From Candidatus Latescibacterota bacterium (GTDB lineage: Bacteria; Latescibacterota; UBA2968; UBA8231), in the NCBI GenBank assembly GCA_965204725.1, contig OZ242005.1:3072001-3136000 (forward strand): 64,000 nt of DNA. Reading direction: 5' to 3'. This document shows positions 54,462 to 63,252 of this stretch, piece by piece. Made by a program: the position numbers and the translations under genes. Position 1 is the first letter of the stretch. The number at the start of each line of letters is the position of its first letter. Below the pieces are notes generated by a model. It was not told the origin of the DNA. It saw nothing but the letters and a program-made list of their open reading frames with translations, and searched no databases.

Positions 54462-55241
54462 ATGACCGATATTCTCAAGGAAATAGCCGCGTACAAGCGC
54501 GAGTTCGTGGCCGACCGCCAGCGTCAGCGCAGTTTGGCCGAGGTGCGCGCCCACGCCCGCGACACGCCCGCGCCGGCCGATTTTCGCGGTGCGTTGGCGG
54601 CCGATGGGATCGCCCTGATCGCCGAGATGAAAAAAGCCTCGCCGTCCAAGGGCATCATCCGCGCCGACTTCGACCCGGAGCAGATCGCCGATGCCTATGC
54701 GGCCAACGGCGCGCGCTGCCTTTCGGTTTTGACGGACGAGGCGTACTTTCAGGGGTGCGATGCTTATGTGCAGATGGCGAAAGAGGTTGCGGGCTTGCCG
54801 GTGTTGCGCAAGGACTTTACCATCGGCGAATACCAGCTCTACGAAGCCCGCGTCATCGGGGCCGATGCCGTTTTGCTGATCGTGGCCCTGATGGACTCCA
54901 GCCAGCTCGACGACTGCCTCGGCTTGGCCGGCGAGTTGGAATTGGCCGCGCTAGTCGAAGTTCACGATGAGGCGGAATTAGCGCGGGCCAAAGCGGCTGG
55001 GGCCGGGCTCGTCGGCGTCAACAACCGCGATCTGCGGACCTTTGAGACCACCTTGGAGACGACCTTCGCGCTTTTGGACCAGATGCCGGAGGGGGCGGTC
55101 GTCGTCAGCGAGAGCGGCATTGAAGGCCGCGGTCATGTCGAGCGGCTCGCCGCGGCCGGGGTCGATGCGATTTTGGTCGGCGAATCCCTGATGCGCGAAG
55201 CCGATATCGGGGCCAAAGTGAGGGAGCTATTGGGCGCGTGA
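54462..55241 (+). CDS. trpC: Indole-3-glycerol phosphate synthase
   Basis: IAEMKKASPSKG, SVLTD, LRKDF, GVNNRDL, SESGI, LVGESLM. Confidence 0.95.
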   Translation: MTDILKEIAAYKREFVADRQRQRSLAEVRAHARDTPAPADFRGALAADGIALIAEMKKASPSKGIIRADFDPEQIADAYAANGARCLSVLTDEAYFQGCDAYVQMAKEVAGLPVLRKDFTIGEYQLYEARVIGADAVLLIVALMDSSQLDDCLGLAGELELAALVEVHDEAELARAKAAGAGLVGVNNRDLRTFETTLETTFALLDQMPEGAVVVSESGIEGRGHVERLAAAGVDAILVGESLMREADIGAKVRELLGA

Positions 55242-56221
55242 AAAAACGAGTGTTTTCGGGCATTCAGCCCTCGGGTCACATCCACATCGGCAACTACATC
55301 GGAGCTGTCCGCAACTGGCTGGTCAACCTACCAGACCGCGACAACATCTTCTGCGTGGTCGATCAGCACGCCATCACCTTGCCCTACGACCCGGAGGCTT
55401 TGCGCCGCGGTACGCGCGAGGCCGTGGCCCTGTACATCGCCTGCGGACTCGATCCGCAACAGTGCCGCCTTTTCGTGCAGTCGCACATCCGCGAGCACAC
55501 GGAGTTGGCTTGGCTTTTGACCTGCATCACGCCCATGGGCTGGCTGGAGCGGATGACCCAGTTCAAGGATCGGGTGGGGGCGCGGAGCGAGCGCGTCGGC
55601 ACCGGGCTGTTTGTCTATCCGACGTTGATGGCCGCCGATATTTTGCTCTACCAAGCGCACGAGGTGCCCGTTGGCGACGACCAAAAACAGCACGTGGAAC
55701 TGACGCGCGACTTGGCCGAGCGCTTCAATCGCCAGTTCGGCGAGGTCTTCACCGTGCCCGAGCCGGTCATTCCCGCGGTTGGGGCGCGGATTATGGGGCT
55801 CGACGATCCGACCGCGAAAATGTCTAAGTCGGCCGAGGGTCGGTTCCACAGCATCGGCTTGCTCGACAGCCCGGACGCGGTCCGCAAGGCCATCATGCGG
55901 GCGGTGACGGATTCGCAACGGGACATTGTCTTCGACCCGCAGCGCCCTGGGCTGCACAACCTCCTGACCATCTACCAAGCGTTGACCGGCCTAGAAAACG
56001 CCGCGATTGAGGCGCGTTTTGCTGGCAAGGGATACGGCGACTTAAAGAAGGAATTGGCCGAAGTGATCATCGCCGAGATCGAGCCGATTCAGGCTCGCTA
56101 TCGGGCGTTGCGGGCGGATCCCGCCTATATCGACGGGGTGCTCGCCGAGAGCGTCGAGAAGCTGCGCCCAATCGTGGACGCAACCATGGACGCCGTCCGC
56201 CGGGCGATGGGGCACCGGTGA
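55238..56221 (+). CDS. trpS: Tryptophanyl-tRNA synthetase
   Basis: SGIQPSG, HIGN, YPTLMAADIL, VPVGDDQ, KMSKS. Confidence 0.96.
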   Translation: MKKRVFSGIQPSGHIHIGNYIGAVRNWLVNLPDRDNIFCVVDQHAITLPYDPEALRRGTREAVALYIACGLDPQQCRLFVQSHIREHTELAWLLTCITPMGWLERMTQFKDRVGARSERVGTGLFVYPTLMAADILLYQAHEVPVGDDQKQHVELTRDLAERFNRQFGEVFTVPEPVIPAVGARIMGLDDPTAKMSKSAEGRFHSIGLLDSPDAVRKAIMRAVTDSQRDIVFDPQRPGLHNLLTIYQALTGLENAAIEARFAGKGYGDLKKELAEVIIAEIEPIQARYRALRADPAYIDGVLAESVEKLRPIVDATMDAVRRAMGHR

Positions 56222-56231
56222 GAGAATAGCT

Positions 56232-56513
56232 ATGGACCTGAGTGACTGGCGCGACCGCATAGACAACATCGACCGGCAACTGATCGATCTGCTCAACGAG
56301 CGCATGCGCTGTGCGCAAGCGATCGGGCGGCTCAAAAAGGCCGCGGGCAAACCAATACGCGATCCCGAGCGCGAGCTCGTCGTGATCGCCAAGGTCAAAG
56401 CCTACAACCAAGGGCTGATCAAGGACGAAGCCCTAGAGGAGCTCTACTGGCTGCTCATCAAACGGACCACCGACTTCGAGCGCGAGGAGCCTTCGTCTTC
56501 TTCCGGCGAGTAG
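56232..56513 (+). CDS. Chorismate mutase (AroQ type)
   Basis: RDRIDNIDRQLIDLLNER...IGRLK...RDPERE. Confidence 0.9.
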   Translation: MDLSDWRDRIDNIDRQLIDLLNERMRCAQAIGRLKKAAGKPIRDPERELVVIAKVKAYNQGLIKDEALEELYWLLIKRTTDFEREEPSSSSGE

Positions 56514-57592
56514 TCATCGTCGGCGTGGGCTTGATTGGTGGCTCCATGGGCTTGGCGCTCCGGCGCACCGGCTTTGGCGGGCAGCTCGTGGGCGTCAGCC
56601 GCCCGCCAACCATCGCCCGCGCCCTCGAACTGGGCGCGATCGACGAAGGATGGGGCTACGACGAGTTGGAACGCGCCCTCAAGGGAGCCGATCTGGTCTT
56701 TATCTGCACCCCGATTAAGCGGATTCTCGCGCTGATTGCGGAAGTGGGTCGGCTCGCCGAGCCGAAGACCCTCGTCACCGACGTAGGGAGCACCAAACGG
56801 CGCATCGTCGCAGCGGCCCAAGCCCAGTTTAGCGACTCGGTGTACTTTGTCGGCGGCCACCCCATGGCCGGCTCAGAAAAGGCGGGCGTGGCCGCGGCCG
56901 ATCCGTTCCTCTTCCAGAATGCGATCTACATTTTGGTCCCCAACCAGCAGGTGCCCGCCGACCGCTACCAAGCATTGACCGCTCTCTTGCGCCAAGTCGG
57001 AGCGCGGGTGATGGAACTAGACGCCGAAGCGCACGACCGGGCGGTCGCCGCTATCAGCCACCTGCCGCAGATGATGGCGACCTCGCTGGTGAGCATGGTC
57101 GGCCGGCTCAACGCCGAGCGCGATCACTTCCTGCCGCTGGCCGCTGGGGGCTTCCGCGACCTGACGCGGATTGCCGCCAGTCCGTTCGCGCCGGTATGGG
57201 AGGATATTTGCGCGACCAATGCCGACCAGATTCGGGCGATGATCGACCGCTACATGGCCGCGCTGGCCGAGGTGCGGGAGCGGCTGGAGGGAGCGGAGCT
57301 AAAGGCGGATTTCGATTTTGCCAACGAGGTGCGGGGCGCGATCCCGAGGGATTCAAAGGGGTTTATCCACGCGCTGTACGAGATTTTGGTGCTCGCCGAA
57401 GACCGGCCGGGCGTCATCGCCGAGATCGGGCAGGCGCTGGGGGACCAAGGGATCAACATCAACGATATTGAGGTGATGAAGGTGCGCGAGGGCGAGGGGG
57501 GGACGCTGCGGCTGGGGTTTGATAGTGCGGAGAGCGCGGAAAACGCCCTGGGAATTTTGGCGCGGCTCGGGTATGTGGCGCGAAGGCCCTAA
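56495..57592 (+). CDS. tyrA: Prephenate/arogenate dehydrogenase with a C-terminal ACT domain (start uncertain)
   Basis: VVIVGVGLIGGS, TDVGSTK, GGHPMAGSE, HD...ISHLP, GFRDLTRIA, ACT DRPGVI. The first canonical start (GTG 56525) lies inside the Rossmann motif. Confidence 0.88.
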   Translation, partial: VFFRRVVIVGVGLIGGSMGLALRRTGFGGQLVGVSRPPTIARALELGAIDEGWGYDELERALKGADLVFICTPIKRILALIAEVGRLAEPKTLVTDVGSTKRRIVAAAQAQFSDSVYFVGGHPMAGSEKAGVAAADPFLFQNAIYILVPNQQVPADRYQALTALLRQVGARVMELDAEAHDRAVAAISHLPQMMATSLVSMVGRLNAERDHFLPLAAGGFRDLTRIAASPFAPVWEDICATNADQIRAMIDRYMAALAEVRERLEGAELKADFDFANEVRGAIPRDSKGFIHALYEILVLAEDRPGVIAEIGQALGDQGININDIEVMKVREGEGGTLRLGFDSAESAENALGILARLGYVARRP

Positions 57593-57595
57593 GCT

Positions 57596-58819
57596 ATGGA
57601 AGAAATCGTACATCCAGTCAAGAAAATTGCCGGGCAGGTCTCAGTGCCCGGAGAGCGGGTGCTGGCCGAGCGGGCGCTCGTGTTGGCCGCGCTGAGCGAA
57701 GGAGACAGCGTCGTCAGCAACGCGCCCGTTGCCGTTGGCCGGGTGGTCGCTTTGTTGCGCACCCTCGGCGTTGACATTGCCGAGCGCGCCGGTGACTATG
57801 CGGTGCGCGGGGTTGGGTTGCGGGGGTTTCAGCGTACCGCGGCCCCACTCGACCTAGGGGGGTTGGGCGACACCGTGCTGTTGTTGCTGCCCTTGCTCGC
57901 CGGACAAACGTTTCGCTCGCGGGTGAAGTTAGGAGCGGAAGCCGAGCGGTGTCAGCCCTTGCTCGCTGTCCTAACCCAGCTCGGGTTCGCCGTAGAACAG
58001 GAGGGCGCGGACACCATAGTAACCGGGGGGCAGCCGGCCAAAGGGTGCGTTCTTGCCGAGGCACCACCGACCGACGCCTTGGCGCTGGGCGCGATGGTCG
58101 GTGCGCTCTTGGCCGAGGGGACGACCGCCCTGAAAGCCGGTCGCCGCGTGGAGCGCTGGTTGCACGAGCGCGGGGTGGTGGTCGACCGACGCAACCGGCT
58201 GTCGGTAGCAGGGGGGCAGGCGTTGCAGGGCGTTGACGTGGCGGTCCCGGGACAACTCGCGTTGGCTTATCCGCTCATCGGGGCCGCGCTGTGCCGCAAG
58301 GGGTCGCAGCTAACCATCCAGCGCGTGGCTATTCGCCCTAAGCAGCGGGCGTTCTTGGATTTGCTGCGGCAGGTTGGGGCGCAGGTCGCCGCGCAAGAGC
58401 GCGAGGAGGGTGCGTGGGACTTGCACGTGAGTGCCAGCCCCTTAAAGGGTACGCGCGTGGCCGGGCGGCGGGCGGCCAAGGTCGCCGACCAGATCGCGCT
58501 GTTAGCGGTCTTGACGACCCAAGCGACCGGAACGACGGTCATCCGCGACATCGAAGACGTGCCGCACGTAGAGCATGTGTGCGCCGCGCTGCGCTCGCTC
58601 GATGCGCGGGTCGGCCAGTTTCCAGAAGGGCTCGTCATCAAAGGAGGCTTCCCGCTCCAAGGCGGCCAGCTCGATGGTCGGGGCGACCCTAGCTTAGTCA
58701 TGGCTTTTGCCGTGGCTGGGCTGTTGGCCGAAGGGGCGCTAACCATCCACGGCAGCGAGTGCCTAGCGCCTATCTGGCCCGATTTTTTTGAGACCGTACA
58801 CCTTATTCAAGGAGATTGA
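57596..58819 (+). CDS. AroA/EPSP synthase-like protein with a degenerate active site
   Basis: Colinear EPSPS scaffold motifs (GQVSVPG, VRGVGLRG, VAVPG, MAFAVAGL, WPDFFE), with most catalytic motifs replaced. Confidence 0.78.
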   Translation: MEEIVHPVKKIAGQVSVPGERVLAERALVLAALSEGDSVVSNAPVAVGRVVALLRTLGVDIAERAGDYAVRGVGLRGFQRTAAPLDLGGLGDTVLLLLPLLAGQTFRSRVKLGAEAERCQPLLAVLTQLGFAVEQEGADTIVTGGQPAKGCVLAEAPPTDALALGAMVGALLAEGTTALKAGRRVERWLHERGVVVDRRNRLSVAGGQALQGVDVAVPGQLALAYPLIGAALCRKGSQLTIQRVAIRPKQRAFLDLLRQVGAQVAAQEREEGAWDLHVSASPLKGTRVAGRRAAKVADQIALLAVLTTQATGTTVIRDIEDVPHVEHVCAALRSLDARVGQFPEGLVIKGGFPLQGGQLDGRGDPSLVMAFAVAGLLAEGALTIHGSECLAPIWPDFFETVHLIQGD

Positions 58820-58821
58820 AG

Positions 58822-58962
58822 ATGCGAGGACTTTTTCGGCTTTTTGTGTGCGCGGCCATGCTGTTGGGCGGCGGCCTACTCGTCATCCGCCTGCTCTACG
58901 GCGTGTCGTGGCGCGAATCCTTAGAGATTGCCAACTGCTTCGTCGAGGAATTGCTCGGGTGA
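58822..58962 (+). CDS. Small single-helix membrane protein (46 aa)
   Basis: SD AAGGAG at 58809-58814; MRGLFRLFVCAAMLLGGGLLVIRLLYGVSWRESLEIANCFVEELLG; fills the gap exactly and its TGA overlaps the aroE GTG. Confidence 0.7.
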   Translation: MRGLFRLFVCAAMLLGGGLLVIRLLYGVSWRESLEIANCFVEELLG

Positions 58963-59804
58963 TTTCCGCGACGACGCGGGTGCTCGGCGTCATGGGCGAC
59001 CCGGTCGCGCATTCGGCGTCGCCGGCCATGCACAACGCCGCGCTTGGGGCGCTGAATCTCGACTATGTGTACGCGGCGTTCCGGGTTGCGGCCGCCGCCT
59101 TGCCCCAAGCCCTCGCCGGCATGCGCGCCCTCGGCATGGTTGGGCTGAACGTAACCGTGCCGCACAAGCAGGCCGTCATGGCGCATCTCGACGAGGTTGC
59201 GGCCGAGGCCCAGAGCATTGGTGCGGTCAATACCATTGCCAACCGCGATGGCCGGCTCGTGGGGTACAACACCGACGCCTTTGGGATTGTGCAAAGCCTC
59301 AAGGCCGTGGGCGGCTTGGACCGGCTGCCGCCCACGGTCGCGCTGCTCGGTGCGGGCGGCGCGGCTCGGGCCGTGCTCTACGCGCTGCTGGCGCGGGAGG
59401 AGGTGGAGGAGGTGCTGCTGCTCAACCGCACCGTAGAAAAGGCCGCCGCCCTCGCTGGCGACCTCGACCGCGCCGGCAAGGTCCGGGTCGGGTCGCTTGC
59501 TGAGACTGGGCCAATCGCGGACGCAGGTTTGCTCATCAACGCCACGGCCTTGGGGATGCACCCCCGCACGGCCGCTTCGCCGCTGGCGGATCCATCGTGC
59601 CTACATGCGCAAATGCTGGTCGCCGACATTGTGTACAACCCCTTGGAAACCGCGCTCATGCGGCAGGCCGCGGCCGCGGGTGCGTCGGCCATCAACGGCT
59701 TAGGGATGCTCGCTTGGCAGGGGGTGCGCTCGTTTGAGATCTGGACCGGGGTCGAGCCGCCGGTCGAGGCGATGATGGCCGCTTTAGAGGAGTTTAGCGC
59801 GTAG
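58959..59804 (+). CDS. aroE: Shikimate dehydrogenase
   Basis: HSASPAMHN, NVTVPHK, GAVNT, GYNTD, GAGGAARA, INAT, DIVYNP, GLGML. Confidence 0.94.
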   Translation: MISATTRVLGVMGDPVAHSASPAMHNAALGALNLDYVYAAFRVAAAALPQALAGMRALGMVGLNVTVPHKQAVMAHLDEVAAEAQSIGAVNTIANRDGRLVGYNTDAFGIVQSLKAVGGLDRLPPTVALLGAGGAARAVLYALLAREEVEEVLLLNRTVEKAAALAGDLDRAGKVRVGSLAETGPIADAGLLINATALGMHPRTAASPLADPSCLHAQMLVADIVYNPLETALMRQAAAAGASAINGLGMLAWQGVRSFEIWTGVEPPVEAMMAALEEFSA

Positions 59805-59806
59805 CC

Positions 59807-61525
59807 ATGACCATAACCGAAACATTAGAAGCGCGTATCAGCGCGGCACTAGCCCGAGCGGGCGCACCGGCCGGTTCCCCGGCCCTCGTCGGCCCGGCCA
59901 CCCGCCCGGAATTTGGCGACTACCAAGCCAACGGCGTGATGGCCGCGGCCCAGAAGCTAAAGACCAATCCCCGCACGCTCGCCGCTCGGGTCGTGGCGGA
60001 ACTGGAGCTAGCGGATATGGCTGCGACCGTAGAGGTCGCCGGCCCGGGCTTTATCAATGTCCAACTCAAGGGCGAATGGCTGGCCGAGCAGCTCGGGACC
60101 GCGCTGGCCGACCCGCGGCTGGGCGTACCCAAGGCCGCGCCGCAAAAGGTCGTAATCGATTACTCGCATCCCAACTTGGCCAAGGAGATGCACATCGGCC
60201 ACCTGCGGAGCACGGTCATCGGCGACGCCATCGCCCGCGTCCTCAAATTCTCCGGTCACGAAGTGGTGCGCCACAATCACGTGGGCGACTGGGGGACGCA
60301 GTTTGGAATGCTCATCGCCCACTTGGACCAACTCGCGGACCCGGCCACGGAATTGGCCGATCTAGAAGTATTTTACCAGTCGGCGCGTCAGCGCTTTGAC
60401 CGGGACACGGCCTTTGCCGACCGGTCGCGGGAATGCGTGGTCAAGCTGCAACGCGGCGACCCGCACGTGCTGCGGATGTGGCAGCAGTTCATCGACGAGT
60501 CGCTCGCCCACGGCCAGCGCATATACGCCGCGCTCGGGGTCCAGCTCAAGCCCGAAGACGTGCGCGGCGAGAGCGCGTACAACGACGAATTGCCCCGCGT
60601 GGTCGAGGATTTGCGGGCCAAGGGCTTGCTGGTCGAGTCCAAGGGGGCGCAGTGCGTCTTCTTGGAGGAATTCAAAAACAAGGACGGCCAGATCACGCCG
60701 GTGATCGTGCAGAAGTCGGATGGTGGCTACCTCTATGCGACGAGCGACCTCGCGGCCGTGCGCTATCGGGCCGGTGCGCTCGCGGCCGACCGCATTCTCT
60801 ACATCGTGGATGCGCGCCAGTCGTTTCACTTGCAGCAGGTCTTTGCGGTGGCGCGGGCGGCCGGGTACGCGCCCGAGACGACCGCCTTGGAGCACCACGA
60901 GTTTGGTTCGATTTTAGGCGTGGATAACCGGCCGTTTAAGACGCGGGCTGGCGGCACGGTCAAACTGATGGACGTGTTGGAGGAGAGCGTGGAGCGGGCC
61001 TTTGCCCAAGTGAGCGCGAAAAACCCGGCACTGGACGAAAACGAGCGGCGGCAAATTGCCCGCGTGATTGGCATTGGCAGCGTCAAGTACATGGAGCTGT
61101 CGTTCAACCGCACCTCAGACTACGTGTTCGACTGGGACAAAATGCTGGCCCTCGACGGCAACACCGCGCCCTACCTGCTCTACTCCTACGCCCGCATCAA
61201 GAGCCTGTTTCGCCGCGCTGCGGTGGATGAAGACGCGCTCTCCGGCGCGATTGCCCTTGGCGAACGGGCTGAAAACGCGCTCGCGATCAAGCTGTTGCAG
61301 TTTCCCGAGGTGGTCGCGGCCGTGGCCCGCCAGTGCTATCCGCACGTGTTCTGCACCTATCTCTACGAGCTGTCCGACGCCTTTATGAAGTTCTACGAGC
61401 AGTGCCCGGTCCTGCGGGCGGGCGAGCCTACGCGCACGAGTCGGCTGCTGCTGGCGCTGCTGACCGCGCGCACCCTGCGCCAAGGGCTCGACCTACTCGG
61501 CATCGAGACCCTCGAGCGCATGTGA
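59807..61525 (+). CDS. argS: Arginyl-tRNA synthetase
   Basis: FGDYQAN, DYSHPNLAKEMHIGH, GDWGTQFG, KSDGGYLY, GNTAPYLLY, terminal ERM. Confidence 0.96.
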   Translation: MTITETLEARISAALARAGAPAGSPALVGPATRPEFGDYQANGVMAAAQKLKTNPRTLAARVVAELELADMAATVEVAGPGFINVQLKGEWLAEQLGTALADPRLGVPKAAPQKVVIDYSHPNLAKEMHIGHLRSTVIGDAIARVLKFSGHEVVRHNHVGDWGTQFGMLIAHLDQLADPATELADLEVFYQSARQRFDRDTAFADRSRECVVKLQRGDPHVLRMWQQFIDESLAHGQRIYAALGVQLKPEDVRGESAYNDELPRVVEDLRAKGLLVESKGAQCVFLEEFKNKDGQITPVIVQKSDGGYLYATSDLAAVRYRAGALAADRILYIVDARQSFHLQQVFAVARAAGYAPETTALEHHEFGSILGVDNRPFKTRAGGTVKLMDVLEESVERAFAQVSAKNPALDENERRQIARVIGIGSVKYMELSFNRTSDYVFDWDKMLALDGNTAPYLLYSYARIKSLFRRAAVDEDALSGAIALGERAENALAIKLLQFPEVVAAVARQCYPHVFCTYLYELSDAFMKFYEQCPVLRAGEPTRTSRLLLALLTARTLRQGLDLLGIETLERM

Positions 61526-62061
61526 TGATAAAAGGGCCGGTGTTTCTGACGGGTTTTATGGGCGTGGGCAAGACCCGGGTCGGGCGCATTCTGGCGCGGC
61601 AGCTCGGGCGTTGCTTCTTGGACACCGACCTCATGGTCGAACAGTGCGCTGGCAAGTCCATCGCGGAGATTTTCGCCGCCGAAGGCGAGGCGCGTTTCCG
61701 CCAGCTAGAACACGCCTGCGTCCTCAAAACCTGCCAACGCCCGGATGCCGTAGTGGCCTTGGGCGGTGGGGCAATCACCCGCGCCGACAACATCGCGGCC
61801 GTGCGTTGCGCCGGCGTCTTGGTCTGTATCAAGGCCGATGTGGATACGATTTTTGCCCGCGTCCGGCGTCGCTCCAACCGACCCCTGCTCGCCGGATTAG
61901 CGCCGCCAGCGCAACGCGCCAAGATAAAGTCCCTGCTCCGCGCCCGCGCTCCCTACTACGACCAAGCCCACATTGCGCTGTACACCACGCAAGCGCAGAC
62001 GCCTGAGGACACGGCCGGACAAATCCGCGCCTTGCTGGAGAGCTACAGCCGTCCAAAATAA
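61525..62061 (+). CDS. aroK: Shikimate kinase
   Basis: GFMGVGKT, DTD, GEARFRQLE, ALGGG, RPLL; ATG overlaps the argS TGA. Confidence 0.93.
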   Translation: MIKGPVFLTGFMGVGKTRVGRILARQLGRCFLDTDLMVEQCAGKSIAEIFAAEGEARFRQLEHACVLKTCQRPDAVVALGGGAITRADNIAAVRCAGVLVCIKADVDTIFARVRRRSNRPLLAGLAPPAQRAKIKSLLRARAPYYDQAHIALYTTQAQTPEDTAGQIRALLESYSRPK

Positions 62062-62064
62062 CTT

Positions 62065-62135
62065 GAAAGCATGGAATGTTCATCGACGCGCCGATTCGTC
62101 ATTCCCGCGAACGCGGGAATCCAGTCTTGATGATG
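62065..62135. repeat. Palindromic repeat element between aroK and aroB
   Basis: GAAAGCATGGAATGTT...CGTCATTCCCGCGAACGCGGGAATCCAGTCTTGA, related to 44915-45000. Confidence 0.82.
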
Positions 62136-62147
62136 TAGGATTGCTAT

Positions 62148-63251
62148 ATGCAAAGAATTGACTTGGACCTCCCAGGGGCTACATACCCCATTTTCGTCGG
62201 CCACGACATCCTCGGGACACTGGGGACGCGCTGCCGCGACTTGGCCTTGGGTCGGCACGTCGCGCTGGTGACCGACGAGGTCGTGGCGGCGCGCTACCTG
62301 CAACCTGTGGCCGCCAGCTTGCGCGCCGCTGAGTTCGAGGTGTTGGAGATTGTCTATGCCGGGGGCGAGGAGGCCAAGAACTTGCGCGGGGCCGAGGGCA
62401 TTTTCGCGCAGATGATCGAGGCCGAGTTGGACCGCGGCACTTGGGTTGTGGCCCTCGGCGGGGGCGTAGTCGGCGACATGGCGGGCTTTGTGGCCTCCAC
62501 CTATTTGCGCGGCGTACCCTACGTGCAGGTGCCGACGACCATCGTCGCGCAGGTGGATTCGAGCATTGGCGGCAAGACCGGGGTCAACCACGCGCTGGGC
62601 AAAAACCTGATCGGCACCTTTCACCAGCCGCGCTTGGTCTTGGCCGACACCAACGCGCTGCGCTCGCTGCCGCGGCGGGAGCGGGTCGCCGGCATGGCCG
62701 AGGTGGTCAAACACGGGCTGATCCGCGACGCCGCGCTCTTTGCCTTTTTGGAGGAGCACTTAGAAGAAGTAGTGGATATGGCCCTCGCGCCGGAGACCTT
62801 GGACTGGCTCATCGGCCGCAACGTCGAGATCAAGGCCGAAGTAGTCGCCATCGACGAGAAGGAGCAGGGCTTGCGGGCCATCCTCAATTACGGGCACACC
62901 CTTGGGCACGCGATTGAGGCCGCCACCGACTACGGCCGCTACCGGCACGGGGAGGCGGTGATTTTGGGCTTGATCGCGGCCGGCGAAATCGCCTGCCGCG
63001 CGGGGTTTTGGCCCGAAGCGGAAAGGCAGCGGCAGGACGCGCTGCTGGCGCGGTTGGGGGTGCCTAGGGGATTGGCCGAGGTGGAGACCGAGCGGATTTT
63101 GGCTTGTGCCAAGGCCGACAAAAAGCGAGTCGATGAGCGGCTACGGTTCGTGCTGGGACGACGGATTGGAAAGGTGGAGATCGCCGAGGGAGTAACCGAT
63201 GCGACTGTGTGCGCGGCTATTGAATATGTGCAGCGCTTTTGCGGGGCATGA
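62148..63251 (+). CDS. aroB: 3-dehydroquinate synthase
   Basis: GGGVVGD, PTT...DSSIGGKTGVN, KNLIGTFHQP, LNYGHTLGHAIE, HGEAV. Confidence 0.96.
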   Translation: MQRIDLDLPGATYPIFVGHDILGTLGTRCRDLALGRHVALVTDEVVAARYLQPVAASLRAAEFEVLEIVYAGGEEAKNLRGAEGIFAQMIEAELDRGTWVVALGGGVVGDMAGFVASTYLRGVPYVQVPTTIVAQVDSSIGGKTGVNHALGKNLIGTFHQPRLVLADTNALRSLPRRERVAGMAEVVKHGLIRDAALFAFLEEHLEEVVDMALAPETLDWLIGRNVEIKAEVVAIDEKEQGLRAILNYGHTLGHAIEAATDYGRYRHGEAVILGLIAAGEIACRAGFWPEAERQRQDALLARLGVPRGLAEVETERILACAKADKKRVDERLRFVLGRRIGKVEIAEGVTDATVCAAIEYVQRFCGA

Positions 63252-63252
63252 G

